Shown piece after piece: positions 37,628 through 47,815 of a DNA stretch of 64,000 nt. Source of the DNA: Candidatus Latescibacterota bacterium (GTDB taxonomy: Bacteria > Latescibacterota > UBA2968); the NCBI GenBank assembly GCA_965207885.1, contig OZ242311.1:2400001-2464000 (forward strand). Direction: 5' to 3'. Numbering within the stretch: the stretch's first letter is position 1; each line of letters opens with the position of its first letter. Both the position numbers and the translations under genes were made by a program. The notes below the pieces were generated by a model that was not told the DNA's origin, did no database searches, and saw nothing but the letters and a program-made list of their open reading frames with translations.

Positions 37628-39658
37628 TCAGTATCCTCCCTTTAGCGGACCTTCAGGACAAAAGGTATGAGCCAGTACATCGAGTTGTCGCATCTGAAGC
37701 GCCTTTGTGCGGTTAGGTGCATAGATCCCCATAGTGATTAAAAAGAAGCGAGTCTGAGCGACATCAAAGAGTGCATAACTCTTAAACGGTCCACCTTGCC
37801 ATGCGCGTGTATTCTCCCACAGTCCTTCCAGACAGACGGCCAATTTTCCCAGGAACTCTGTCTGGTAAATATTTACCTCCCCAGACGATGTTTGATCGCC
37901 GCCATAAAAACGGCTCGATACGTCATCCCATTTTTGCAAACACCAATCTGGCGTCAATTGATCGGGATGTACACCATCTTCCCAATATACCCACAACCAC
38001 AATTGTCGCCGATCTACTTGACGCGCCAGTGCCACAAAGTTCTCATTTGCATACTCATCCATTACTTCATAGCCCACCGGCACCCGCAGGCGCCAGCCAA
38101 ATTGCCGTGATAGGGCTTCAGAATGCTCGGTATTTTCTCCCGCGTGATACAGGATGGTTTCGAGCCATTTCGACATAGAGGCATCAATCGCCGACACAAT
38201 GCGGTCGCTATTGAGCGCGACTTGTTCAGCCACGCCTTGCTCATCTGTAGCTTTGACGACCACAACTATCTGATCAGATGCCCACACATCGCGGTGAATT
38301 ACTGTCTCATTTTTGGAACGCCCGGTAAACAGCGGCTGCAAGTCCTTCGCCAGAATACCATTTGCAGATGAAACAAGGATCAAATTGCGGTAAGCCCGAA
38401 AATCCCGAAACGCTTCAGGAGAGACATATACGAGATCAAATACGTACTCGGGTTGCGGCGTCAATACCGGGTCTAACAGTAAATCTTCCAGTACTGGTTT
38501 TAATTTTTCTCGGGTTGCGCCATCGGCCACAATCACAATTTTACTGGTTAGCCCAATGCCCCGGGGCAATGGATTGCCGATAAGCACATCTGCCAGCGGT
38601 TTGCTCCACCGGGCAATTTTCAGATGGGCTTCGGCTCGACCGGGCACGTCAATGAGGGGTCCAATTTTTACAGCAATGACACAGACAAATAGAAATATCG
38701 CGAGCCAGATGGCACTGTGCGACAGCGATGGGCGGCGCTGGCTGAGCAGATATTCAAAGCGTTTTACCAGATTCGGATGGCGATTTATAATGCCCAATCC
38801 TATTGGGCGCACCCTGCCAATCATTTCTGTCAGGCGCGTCAGACAGATCGCATAATCACGTGCATTGTGACCGCGATGCGCGGCATAATCATCGCAGGCC
38901 ATTTCTCGTGTTAGTGACAGTTGCCGACTCAGCCACCAGATACCCGGATTGCACCACAAAACAACTTCTACGAGGCGCTGCACCAGAATGCCCAGGGCAT
39001 CTCTGCGTTGAACATGCGCGATTTCATGCTTGAGAATTTGCTCCAGTTCAGGCGCTGACAGTTGCGATATGAGATGTTGCGGTATGAGTACGACCTGGCG
39101 AGAAATACCCAGAACTGAGGGACTGGCAATAGCATCTGAAATTCGCAAACCCACATCCACTGAGCCAATCCATCTGCGTTTGTACCGCTCAAACAGAGCC
39201 TGAAGATCTTTTCCCGCCCACTTTCCAGATCGCTTCAACCGCATCATCTGATAATATCCCAGTGCTATGCGCCCGAGCATTGCACTGGCAACGGCGAGCC
39301 ATAAAATCCAGACGACAATTGGCCAGGAAGATGTGCCGTGGCTCGACCGGGTTTTCACAGGCGTTGCTATTTGTGGTTGTGATGTCTCACTGGCGAGATT
39401 GGTATCCAGAACTCTGGTTGGAAGTATCGTTGCGTCCGATTCATCTGCAGCTTCGTATGGTGCAGGTGTGACGAGAAACAGAGGCATAATCGCCACACCA
39501 ATCACGGCGACCCACAACAGGCGGTGCAACAAAGACGCAGGCACGCGCAAACGCGAGAGCACTGCCACAATCATTGCAGCCAAAAACCCCATCCAGATCC
39601 CATTCAGCAGATAAAACACGCTGAGCCGGGCAATGGTATCAATCCATTCGCCCATCAT
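37628..39658 (-). CDS. BlaR1/MecR1-type M56 peptidase fused to a DUF4837-like extracytoplasmic domain
   Basis: TM helices, HEIAHVQRRD, WCNP, REMACDD; C-terminal half has TPQPEYVF, DVWASDQ, GLWEN..GGPFKSY, YAP. Confidence 0.8.
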   Translation of the reverse strand: MMGEWIDTIARLSVFYLLNGIWMGFLAAMIVAVLSRLRVPASLLHRLLWVAVIGVAIMPLFLVTPAPYEAADESDATILPTRVLDTNLASETSQPQIATPVKTRSSHGTSSWPIVVWILWLAVASAMLGRIALGYYQMMRLKRSGKWAGKDLQALFERYKRRWIGSVDVGLRISDAIASPSVLGISRQVVLIPQHLISQLSAPELEQILKHEIAHVQRRDALGILVQRLVEVVLWCNPGIWWLSRQLSLTREMACDDYAAHRGHNARDYAICLTRLTEMIGRVRPIGLGIINRHPNLVKRFEYLLSQRRPSLSHSAIWLAIFLFVCVIAVKIGPLIDVPGRAEAHLKIARWSKPLADVLIGNPLPRGIGLTSKIVIVADGATREKLKPVLEDLLLDPVLTPQPEYVFDLVYVSPEAFRDFRAYRNLILVSSANGILAKDLQPLFTGRSKNETVIHRDVWASDQIVVVVKATDEQGVAEQVALNSDRIVSAIDASMSKWLETILYHAGENTEHSEALSRQFGWRLRVPVGYEVMDEYANENFVALARQVDRRQLWLWVYWEDGVHPDQLTPDWCLQKWDDVSSRFYGGDQTSSGEVNIYQTEFLGKLAVCLEGLWENTRAWQGGPFKSYALFDVAQTRFFLITMGIYAPNRTKALQMRQLDVLAHTFCPEGPLKGGY

Positions 39659-40044
39659 GTTTCATCCTCCTCTGCCTTCTGAATCATTTTGTGAATGCGG
39701 GCAAGGTCTTGCGCATCGAGTTCTTCATTTTCCACCAGATTGAGTACCAGAGTTTCTGGCGAATTGTCGAAAAAGCGACTCATCAGATACTGAATGGCGC
39801 TTCGCTGTGCATCCTCTCGCCCCACGATTGGATAATACACAAAAGCTCTGCCTTCTTTTTCATGCCGCAAATAACCCTTCTGTTCCAGAATGCGCAATAT
39901 TGTCAATACCGTGCTATACGCCGGAGATTCACGTCCAGCGAGTGTGTTGACAACCTCGCTCACTGTAGCCGAGCCGCGATCCCAAATCACCCGCATCAAT
40001 CTCAGTTCGGCATCTGTCAGAGTAGGGGATCTTCGCCTGCCCAT
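39655..40044 (-). CDS. BlaI/MecI/CopY family repressor
   Basis: LTDAELRLMRVIW, AYSTVLTILRILEQKGY, GRAFVYYP. Confidence 0.93.
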   Translation of the reverse strand: MGRRRSPTLTDAELRLMRVIWDRGSATVSEVVNTLAGRESPAYSTVLTILRILEQKGYLRHEKEGRAFVYYPIVGREDAQRSAIQYLMSRFFDNSPETLVLNLVENEELDAQDLARIHKMIQKAEEDET

Positions 40045-40055
40045 ATATAGCCCTC

Positions 40056-40129
40056 ACTATTAAAAATTTAATACTTTCAAAACAAATATGACCAAGAAGA
40101 AAGTGAATGTCAATTAAAAAATTAATAGT
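40056..40129 (-). promoter_or_regulatory. BlaI-gene promoter with two operator copies
   Basis: ACTATTAAAAATTTAATACT (40056-40075), degenerate copy 40112-40127, and minus-strand TTGACA-N17-CATATT between them. Confidence 0.6.
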
Positions 40130-40202
40130 TCAACAGAAAAAAAGACAAACTGGTAGGAGGGAGACGCCCTCGCGCTCCAAAATCCCAAACGGGGACACGG
40201 GG

Positions 40203-41183
40203 TCACTTGAACTTCAAGGGCTTGCCTTCACGGGCGGATTGATAAACCGCTTCGAGGAGTGCTACTGTGCGGCGGCCTTCGCGTCCATCTACGGATAAGG
40301 GCGTTCCTCTGGTCACGGCATTTACCACGTCTTCGACTATGCTGTGGACGTTATTTTCTACGCTGTCGAGTTTTTCCTGAAGCCCTGTGCCGTAAACCGT
40401 CATTTCGCCATTTAGAACGTCGTGTAGCAAAATGCCGCCTTCTGTTCCGTGTACCTCGGCGCTGAAATACACACTCTGGGGAAAGGTCGTGGTGCCCAGG
40501 ATTGTGCCTTTTGCTCCGTTCTCGAAATTCAGGATTGCCAGCCCGATGTCTTCGGTCTCAATCTCGTGATTTACAATGTCGATTTCACCGTACACGGAAA
40601 CCGGGTCGCCCATAAACCAGCTCAATACGTCAAGCAGATGGGCGCCCTGATTGGCCAATGAGCCACCGCCATCCATAGCCCATGTTCCGCGCCAACCATC
40701 GTCGTGGCGAAAATATTCGTCATTGCGGAACCACTTAAAACGCACTTCACCCAAAATCATCTTGCCCAGCCAGCCTTCCCGAATCGCGGTTGCTATCTTG
40801 ACATTGCCATCCACGTATCGGCTTTGATAATCTACACCGCACAACACACCGGCATCTTCACAAGCCGCAATGAGCCGATCACACGCTTCGGTGCTCACAT
40901 CCATGGGTTTGGTGGTTATCACGTGCTTGCCCGCTTTTGCCGCTTCAATTCCAACCTGGGCATGTTTGCCGCTCGGCGTCATCACCATGACGACATCCAC
41001 ATCATCTCGCGCAAACACATGTTCCATATTTATAACGCAGTCCGTCTCCAATTCCTGTGCCACTTCCTCGGCCAGATCGCCGTGCAGATCGCACACGACC
41101 CTCAAATCTGCCCCGGCTGTCTCTTTAATCAACCGCGCCCTGTTACGCCCCATGCCCAGGCCAATAACGCCGAAACCGACCAT
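40203..41183 (-). CDS. Gfo/Idh/MocA family oxidoreductase
   Basis: GVIGLGMG, AGKHVITTKPM, WRGTWAMDGGGSLANQGAH. Confidence 0.92.
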   Translation of the reverse strand: MVGFGVIGLGMGRNRARLIKETAGADLRVVCDLHGDLAEEVAQELETDCVINMEHVFARDDVDVVMVMTPSGKHAQVGIEAAKAGKHVITTKPMDVSTEACDRLIAACEDAGVLCGVDYQSRYVDGNVKIATAIREGWLGKMILGEVRFKWFRNDEYFRHDDGWRGTWAMDGGGSLANQGAHLLDVLSWFMGDPVSVYGEIDIVNHEIETEDIGLAILNFENGAKGTILGTTTFPQSVYFSAEVHGTEGGILLHDVLNGEMTVYGTGLQEKLDSVENNVHSIVEDVVNAVTRGTPLSVDGREGRRTVALLEAVYQSAREGKPLKFK

Positions 41184-41206
41184 ATTATCCTCCTATCGTC
41201 TATTCT

Positions 41207-42214
41207 TCATGCACAATCGGGATGGCCTTCTTTCCACCGCCCGAAGGGAACATCGGTCTGTCCGTCCTGATTGATTTTCGACATCGCCTTTCGGGTGTCT
41301 GACCACATTTGGGTCCACACTTTTGCATCTCTCAATTCGCGCTCTGGATGTTTGCGGCTGCGCGCGACAAAGCCCGGAAATGCCTCGCGTCCAGTCGTTT
41401 GACCGATGGGATTATACCGCAGATCAAAGCTCCAGCGGATTTTATCGCTTACATTGGGCAGCGATCCGTGTACTGTGCACTTGGGAAGAAAAATGACATC
41501 TCCCCGTTTGACCGGTAGCGGTATCATGCGTTCGGCTTCAAACAGCGATTCGGGTATCTGGCGCCCACCCGCTGTTTTGGGTCCATTTCCAAAATACGAT
41601 GGGCAATGTGTCAAAAGCCCGTGTTTGTGGCTGCCGGGTACGACTTTTAGAGGGCCTTGTTCAATACCGACGTCTTCGAGTGCAAACCACACGGTCAACA
41701 TATTTGTCTCATCTGCTTCTGGTACAACCACGCCCTGATCTTGATGCCAGATCGTTTCTCCCAAAACCGGATTTCCAAACTGGTTTTTGGGCAGAATATG
41801 CTCGGGTGGTTTAATCCGCACATGTTGTACGGGATTCGAGTATATCTCTGGTCCGATGAGCGATTCCACACAATCGAGCAGGGATTCAGCTGTAAAGGCA
41901 TTGAGAACAGCCTGTCCCGCCCAGAAAGGCGTGTCTGGTTTCACATTTTGAAATGGTAGCGAGAAATCGAAATACTGTTTGTGTACATCGCCCGTTTCAA
42001 TACAGACCGCGACGAATCGCTCGGCGAAATCAAGGTCTTCGAACAAGGAAGAAATCTCTTCTTGTTCGTAAAGATCGCGGACTAAGGTGTCGAGTACATC
42101 TGTATATTCTTCAATCACAGGATCCAACACGGTTTTTGGATCCAACACGCCCTCCACCACCAGATAGCCTTCTTCTTCAAACTGTGCGGTCTGCTCGGCA
42201 GTTAGGCAACCCAT
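41207..42214 (-). CDS. Phytanoyl-CoA dioxygenase (PhyH) family Fe(II)/2OG oxygenase
   Basis: FEEEGYLVV, WHQD, VVPGSH, HGSLPN..RWSFDLRY. Confidence 0.9.
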   Translation of the reverse strand: MGCLTAEQTAQFEEEGYLVVEGVLDPKTVLDPVIEEYTDVLDTLVRDLYEQEEISSLFEDLDFAERFVAVCIETGDVHKQYFDFSLPFQNVKPDTPFWAGQAVLNAFTAESLLDCVESLIGPEIYSNPVQHVRIKPPEHILPKNQFGNPVLGETIWHQDQGVVVPEADETNMLTVWFALEDVGIEQGPLKVVPGSHKHGLLTHCPSYFGNGPKTAGGRQIPESLFEAERMIPLPVKRGDVIFLPKCTVHGSLPNVSDKIRWSFDLRYNPIGQTTGREAFPGFVARSRKHPERELRDAKVWTQMWSDTRKAMSKINQDGQTDVPFGRWKEGHPDCA

Positions 42215-42279
42215 GGTATTTCTCCTTTTTGTGGGACGTTTAACAGCTTTTGCTATAAATCAATTTCAGAGCCCAGGCG

Positions 42280-43170
42280 CTATTGTTCTGCTGCGACCAG
42301 CGTTAGCGCACCGGGCATAATTTCAAATATCAGTTCTTTGGAGCCTTTCCCAACCTCGCCATCAAATTGAAACCAATCACTTTTCTCGCGTGTGATATGG
42401 ACTTTTTGGGCTCGAAATATCTCGACGCCGGGCATGCGGTCAAAAGTGCCATTAAAAAGTCGATAGGTATTCAACACCAGGCGAATCCACCCCGGATGTG
42501 TAAACACGCATACATCGAGAAGTCCATCATCTGGCATCGCTTGAGGGGCTATGGTTGCGCCGCCTCCAAAGTCTGGCATGTTAGCTATGACAACGAACAA
42601 AGGCGTGCGCTCAATTTCACTATCAGAATCCAATCTCAATCGCAATGTCTGAGGGCGATATGAGAGAAGCGACAGCGCAGTGAGCACCAGATAGGGCAAG
42701 AATCCGCGGCGCCCCGTCCGGTTTGCATACCGATGGGCAACCACTGCGTCTAAGCCAATACCCGCCGTAGAAAAAAACAGGGCGTTGCCCACGCGCCCCA
42801 CATCGAGTTTTCTAATCTCTGGCTGAATAAAAGCGCGACAGGCTTTTGCCGGGTCAAGAGATAAATTCAACGCACGCGCAAACGCATTGCCCGATCCAGC
42901 GGGTACTACTCCCAGGGGTATCTCTGTGCCGAGTAGCGCGCTTCCAACTTCGTTAATGGTGCCATCGCCTCCAATGGCGACCACCAGATCGAATCCCATT
43001 TCGGATGCGCTTGTTGCCAATTCCGTGGCGTGCCCCGCGTACTGCGTCACTTCAAGGGCGAAATCCATCCCCGCTTTCTCACACGCGGCAATCACGCGAG
43101 ATCGAATATTGCGGTGTACTCCTGCATGTGGATTCGCAATGAAGAGCACGCGAGAGAATTGCACACTCAT
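42280..43170 (-). CDS. Diacylglycerol kinase family lipid kinase (YegS/DagK-like)
   Basis: IANPHAG, GGDGTINEV, PAGSGNAFAR, DDGLLDV, FDGE. Confidence 0.92.
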   Translation of the reverse strand: MSVQFSRVLFIANPHAGVHRNIRSRVIAACEKAGMDFALEVTQYAGHATELATSASEMGFDLVVAIGGDGTINEVGSALLGTEIPLGVVPAGSGNAFARALNLSLDPAKACRAFIQPEIRKLDVGRVGNALFFSTAGIGLDAVVAHRYANRTGRRGFLPYLVLTALSLLSYRPQTLRLRLDSDSEIERTPLFVVIANMPDFGGGATIAPQAMPDDGLLDVCVFTHPGWIRLVLNTYRLFNGTFDRMPGVEIFRAQKVHITREKSDWFQFDGEVGKGSKELIFEIMPGALTLVAAEQ

Positions 43171-43754
43171 GTATGTAAAAAATCGACCAGGGTCTGACCG
43201 ATATCTCTCAAAATTTTTGGCGAAGGTTGTGATACATCGATTTGTTGCACGATTTCTTTGGGATAATGCTCCAATACAGCAATTGTTTGACGGTCGTACA
43301 CATCGAATCTCTTGCGAATAATTTGTTCATTTGCGTCATCAATGCGATATGCCACGAGCGCGCGTCCAAAGAGGCGTTTGATCAGTACATCGCGGTCTGG
43401 ACAATCCAATAAGATGATCAACTTTACATTTAAGTCTTCATCGGCCATTTGAGCCTGGGCCAGTGTGCGCGGTAGGCCATCTAAAATCAATGTCTGTTCG
43501 TCGGGCTTGAAATCGCCAAAATCAGCCAGGCGCAGCATGCGTTCTCGCCACAGTGCAACGACAAATTCGTCGGGCACCAACTCGCCTTTGCGAATACTCG
43601 CCAAAGCCATTTCCCCGGGCTGGCTATTGACGTCCAATGCCCTGAGCATATCGCCACTTGAAAAATGGTATAAACCTGGTATTTGTTTTAACACACTTCC
43701 CCATGTGCCCTTGCCAGCACCAGGGGGCCCAAATAATAAGACAGTATCATACAT
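43167..43754 (-). CDS. adk: Adenylate kinase family nucleoside monophosphate kinase (short LID)
   Basis: GPPGAGKGT, SSGDMLR, GELVPD, LDGLPRT. Confidence 0.8.
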   Translation of the reverse strand: MYDTVLLFGPPGAGKGTWGSVLKQIPGLYHFSSGDMLRALDVNSQPGEMALASIRKGELVPDEFVVALWRERMLRLADFGDFKPDEQTLILDGLPRTLAQAQMADEDLNVKLIILLDCPDRDVLIKRLFGRALVAYRIDDANEQIIRKRFDVYDRQTIAVLEHYPKEIVQQIDVSQPSPKILRDIGQTLVDFLHT

Positions 43755-43778
43755 CGGTATAACTCCCTCGATTGTTTT

Positions 43779-43807
43779 TTGACAGAATGGAAATGTGAGT
43801 GTATAAT
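43779..43807 (+). promoter_or_regulatory. Consensus sigma70 promoter
   Basis: TTGACA-N17-TATAAT exact match. Confidence 0.8.
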
Positions 43808-43854
43808 TAAGCTATCAGCGATCAATGCGATAAGAGTTAAAAGCATCTCCCATC

Positions 43855-43934
43855 CTGGACGCCTGCTTTAGGCATGCAGGCGTGACGATAGGAATAGCGA
43901 TTGTCATCGCGGCAGGATTAAAGCCGCGATCCAG
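43855..43934. repeat. Inverted pair of REP-like palindromes (BIME-like)
   Basis: CTGGACGCCTGC..GCAGGCGTGAC and GTCATCGCGGC..GCCGCGATCCAG share GTCA...TCCAG ends in opposite orientation. Confidence 0.6.
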
Positions 43935-43978
43935 AAGGTTTTTTCTTACCGCTGTCCGCTTTCTTACAGGAGAACATC

Positions 43979-44596
43979 ATGAACCTCGATCCCGCTGCCA
44001 TCTCGCTGAAAAAAAATGGCGATAAAATTGAAGCTCTTATCCATGGGAAGACCTCATTTGTCGATCGCCTTGCCCGCGCGTTTCCCCACAGCAATCCCGA
44101 TCAATTTGTCAGTTTGATGGACGAATTGGGGCACGAAATTGGCATTATTGAAAATCCCAAAAAACTCGACGATACTTCGCGCAATTTGCTCGAAGCCGAA
44201 CTCAAAGCCATCTACTTTGTCCCGACCATCAGTGCCATAACTTCCGTCGTAGCCAAAGGCACGGGCAGTCAGTGGACTGTTGATACCGACGATGGCGAAT
44301 ATACTTTCCGCATTCTGGGTCGAGATGCACTCAAGGGCGATGAACCGCCTGCAATTGAAATCACGGATGAAAATGGCAAGCGATACAAAATTGACAATTA
44401 CTGGGATCTCGATGCGGAAAGCCGGGACCTGACTTCTGACCTGTTGCCCGATAAAGTTATCAAGGCGCGCTATTACACCCGATCGATCTCGAGTAGTAGA
44501 AGTGGCAGAGGCAGAGGTTCGAGCAGTCGCGGTGGTAGTAGTAGTGGCGGTAGTAGCGGTAGTAGCGGCATGGGCGGATCGATTGGCATACGATGA
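43979..44596 (+). CDS. DUF1854-like protein with Gly/Ser-rich tail
   Basis: RAFPHSNPDQFVSL..GHEIGII..YFVPTI..WTVDTDDG; low-complexity C-terminus. Confidence 0.7.
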   Translation: MNLDPAAISLKKNGDKIEALIHGKTSFVDRLARAFPHSNPDQFVSLMDELGHEIGIIENPKKLDDTSRNLLEAELKAIYFVPTISAITSVVAKGTGSQWTVDTDDGEYTFRILGRDALKGDEPPAIEITDENGKRYKIDNYWDLDAESRDLTSDLLPDKVIKARYYTRSISSSRSGRGRGSSSRGGSSSGGSSGSSGMGGSIGIR

Positions 44597-44617
44597 TTCG
44601 CCGGGCATAGTGATCTG

Positions 44618-45787
44618 CTACCGCACCCCTAACAATAAGTCGGCCAGCAACTGATCCAGACGCTCATAGCCCAATCCAATGCGCCCCATTGCATCGATAT
44701 CAAATTGCACTTGTTTGAGTTCCAGCGATTTTTCCGGGCTGTATTTGCCCAGATGCTGTTCGTATTCGGGGTTCTGGTTTCCAATTTCTTGCAAGATTCC
44801 CTGAATTTCGGCATCTGCTTCAAATTGTGCCGCTTTATCCCTTAAGATATTGTACGTACGCATACACCCTGCGGCAAAATCCCATACCCCTTCTTCGTCT
44901 TCTGTGCGAAATGCGTGTGCGTCGAAGTGTCTTGGACCCGCATAACCGTTGTTTTCGAGCAAGCGCACGAGCAAAAAGGCACTTTTGTAATCTTCTGAGC
45001 CAAACCGAAAGTCCTGATCATAGCGCCCAAAACGCTGGTCGTTTAAGTCGATGTGGAAGAGTTTGCCCGCTTCGAGTGCTTGCGCCACGCCGTGATGGAA
45101 ATTTAAGCCCGCCATGTGTTCGTGTGCAACTTCCGGGTTGACGCCCACCATTTCGGGGTAATCCAGCGTTTCGATAAATGCCAGATAATGCCCGGTTGTG
45201 GGAAAGTACATATCGGCGCGCGGTTCATTGGGTTTGGCTTCGAGTGCGAAATTCAAATCGTATTTCTGGTCGCGCACGTAGTCGCACAAATAATTTAAGC
45301 CATCTCTGTAGCGTTTGAGGGCATCGATGGGATCTTTTGCCACGTTGCATTCGGCGCCTTCGCGTCCACCCCAAAATACATAGGTTTTTGCACCCAATTC
45401 GACGCCTAAATCAATGGCTTGCATAATTTTTTGCAACCCATAAGCGCGAATTTTGGGATCGTTGGACGTAAAGCCCCCATCCTTAAATACGGGATGAGAA
45501 AATGTATTGGTGGTTGCCATGGGCACGACCATGCCGCAATTTTTTAGTGCGTTTTTGAAACCGCTTACGATTTTATCGCGCTGTTGTAGTGTGGCATCAA
45601 TTGGCACGAGGTCGTTATCGTGCAGGTTAATGCCCCATGCGCCCAGTTCGCTCAAGCGTTGCACAATCCGCTCGGGCGCAAGTGTTTGGCGCGTTGGGTC
45701 GCCAAAGGGATCGCGTCCGGGATTTCCCACTGTCCACAAACCAAATGAAAATTTATCTTCTCTTGTGGGCGTATATACATCGGCCAT
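44618..45787 (-). CDS. xylA: Xylose isomerase (class I, short type)
   Basis: [56 protein letters not shown]. Confidence 0.95.
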   Translation of the reverse strand: MADVYTPTREDKFSFGLWTVGNPGRDPFGDPTRQTLAPERIVQRLSELGAWGINLHDNDLVPIDATLQQRDKIVSGFKNALKNCGMVVPMATTNTFSHPVFKDGGFTSNDPKIRAYGLQKIMQAIDLGVELGAKTYVFWGGREGAECNVAKDPIDALKRYRDGLNYLCDYVRDQKYDLNFALEAKPNEPRADMYFPTTGHYLAFIETLDYPEMVGVNPEVAHEHMAGLNFHHGVAQALEAGKLFHIDLNDQRFGRYDQDFRFGSEDYKSAFLLVRLLENNGYAGPRHFDAHAFRTEDEEGVWDFAAGCMRTYNILRDKAAQFEADAEIQGILQEIGNQNPEYEQHLGKYSPEKSLELKQVQFDIDAMGRIGLGYERLDQLLADLLLGVR

Positions 45788-45906
45788 TGGACCTCCTCAA
45801 AATACGAATTAAAAATGCCAATAAAGCGTTGCAACTTCCGCGTGCAAAATATCATGGTGAAGTCTGACTGTCAATGGACATTTCCACAACTCATCGGGAG
45901 CACAAA

Positions 45907-47142
45907 ATGATTATTCGCGATCCCGTTCACGGCGATATGTCGTTTAATGAATCCGAACGCCGGGTTATGGACACGCGACAAATGCAACGCCTGCGCGGCG
46001 TGCGCCAAACAGGATCGGCATATCTGGTCTATCCGGGCTGTGTCCACACGCGTTTTGAACACTCGCTGGGCACAACGGCGATGTCGCGGCGCGTGCTCGA
46101 TGTCTTGAGACGCGGTGGCGCGCAAATCGAATCCGAGCAGGCCGATGCGGTCGCATTGGCCGCGCTGGTTCACGACATTTCGCACTTGCCCTTTGGACAT
46201 ACGTTTGAAGATGAACGCAAGCTCTTTCCCCGCCACGACACAGCCGCCCGCATGAAACATTTCTTAACGCAAACAGAAATCGCGCAAGCACTCGATGCTT
46301 CGGGCCTGCGCGATACGGTGATTTCTCTGCTTACAGATAAATCGTTTTCACCGGCGTGGATGCAGCAGATTGTGTCCAGCACCATCGATGCCGACTTGCT
46401 CGATTATTTGCGTCGCGATGCGTATTTTGCAGGCCTGCGTCAGGATTATGACGACCGAATTTTTAGCACCTTTATGCTTGCCGATGAAAATCTCGCGATT
46501 GATGTGACCCGTCTCAGTACGCGCACCGAGTTGCTGCACTTGTTACGGCTGCGCTATTTTCTTACCGAGCGCGTTTATTATCACCACGCCAAAGTGTCAT
46601 CGGGTGCTATGATTGCCAAAGCCGTCGAGATCGCCACCGAACACGGTCTTGCTGAAACCGATCTTTACACTTTGACGGACGATGCCCTTTTTCGCCATTT
46701 GCTCGGCTATAAAGACCCGCGCATTGACCGTTTGATCAACGGCGTTTGCGAACGGCGGCTGCTCAAACGCGCCTATATGATTTCGACTGCCGAAGTGGGG
46801 CGCCGGGGGCGCGATGAGTTGATTGCCACCTACAATCGATCTGTCGAGAGTAGGCAGCAGATTGAGCGGCAAATCGCCGATGCTGTGACCATTAACCCCG
46901 ACCAGGTTATTCTCTACTGCCCGGATATCTCTGCCATCAAAGAAGCGCGCGTGCGCGTTGTTACGCAAAATGGCTTGAGCCGCCTGAACGATCCCCCAGA
47001 CAATCCGCCTTTTGATGTAAAGGTCGTGGAAGACCAGTATGAACGGCTCTGGAAATTTTACATTTTTGCACCCGAAGGTTATAGAGAGCGCGTTGGAAAA
47101 GTGTGCGAGCGCGTATTTGGCGAATCAAATGCGCTGGTATAA
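45907..47142 (+). CDS. HD-domain phosphohydrolase (SAMHD1/dNTPase-like)
   Basis: IRDPVHG, QRLRGVRQ, HTRFEHSLG, HDISHLPFGH, DADLLDYLRRD, VYYH. Confidence 0.9.
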   Translation: MIIRDPVHGDMSFNESERRVMDTRQMQRLRGVRQTGSAYLVYPGCVHTRFEHSLGTTAMSRRVLDVLRRGGAQIESEQADAVALAALVHDISHLPFGHTFEDERKLFPRHDTAARMKHFLTQTEIAQALDASGLRDTVISLLTDKSFSPAWMQQIVSSTIDADLLDYLRRDAYFAGLRQDYDDRIFSTFMLADENLAIDVTRLSTRTELLHLLRLRYFLTERVYYHHAKVSSGAMIAKAVEIATEHGLAETDLYTLTDDALFRHLLGYKDPRIDRLINGVCERRLLKRAYMISTAEVGRRGRDELIATYNRSVESRQQIERQIADAVTINPDQVILYCPDISAIKEARVRVVTQNGLSRLNDPPDNPPFDVKVVEDQYERLWKFYIFAPEGYRERVGKVCERVFGESNALV

Positions 47143-47148
47143 CGATCT

Positions 47149-47652
47149 TTATTGGGACCGTTGTGATCGGTGTTTGACGCGATCAAATAACGGCGTGTCT
47201 GCCTGTCCCTCTATCTTTTTGTGGCATGAAGGGCATAGACTGATTAGATTGCTCAGTTGATTGGCCTCTTTTGGAGAGTCGAAAAGCCGGTACGGTATTT
47301 TGTGATGTACATCCATCTGCCGGCCGAGCGCGTCTTCTGTAATCCCACAAGACGCGCAACAAAACCCATCGCGCGCACGCGCCTTGTCCGCTTGAATTTT
47401 CCAATTTCCCCCGCGATACTCTGGACGACCTTCCAGCACGAGTTCAAAATCCTCTTCAGATTCCCAATGGGTTCTGCACTCGTTGCTGCAAAATTGGGAG
47501 CGCATGCCCTTTTCAATATACCAGCGCGGCTGGGCAAATCGCTTGTCGCATTGCATACATCGCACGGTGATATCGTCTTCGCGCCGAACTTTTTGTTCTT
47601 CTTCAAACGATAGGCGCATTTGCGGCGATGATAGATACTTTTTGTTGTTCAT
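47149..47652 (-). CDS. HNH endonuclease with N-terminal Zn-binding motif
   Basis: CMQC..FCSNEC, RDGFCCASCG, DVHHKIP..NQLSNLISLCPSCH. Confidence 0.85.
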   Translation of the reverse strand: MNNKKYLSSPQMRLSFEEEQKVRREDDITVRCMQCDKRFAQPRWYIEKGMRSQFCSNECRTHWESEEDFELVLEGRPEYRGGNWKIQADKARARDGFCCASCGITEDALGRQMDVHHKIPYRLFDSPKEANQLSNLISLCPSCHKKIEGQADTPLFDRVKHRSQRSQ

Positions 47653-47815
47653 CGTTTTAAAACCTCACACATCAATAGCGCACTTGATTAGTCCAAATAT
47701 AGGTTGGAATAAATTGCAAGTCCATAGAAAGAATAGATTGTGCCCCACGTAGAGATTGGATATTGTATCTGAATTTATTATACTATCCGCACTTATACCT
47801 GAACAGGAGAAACCC

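Noticed and set aside
40152-40203. GTAG-starting possible REP remnant
   Set aside because: Palindrome too degenerate and only one copy seen.
44490-44580. AGT/GGT-rich simple sequence
   Set aside because: Encodes the Gly/Ser low-complexity tail of the DUF1854-like protein.
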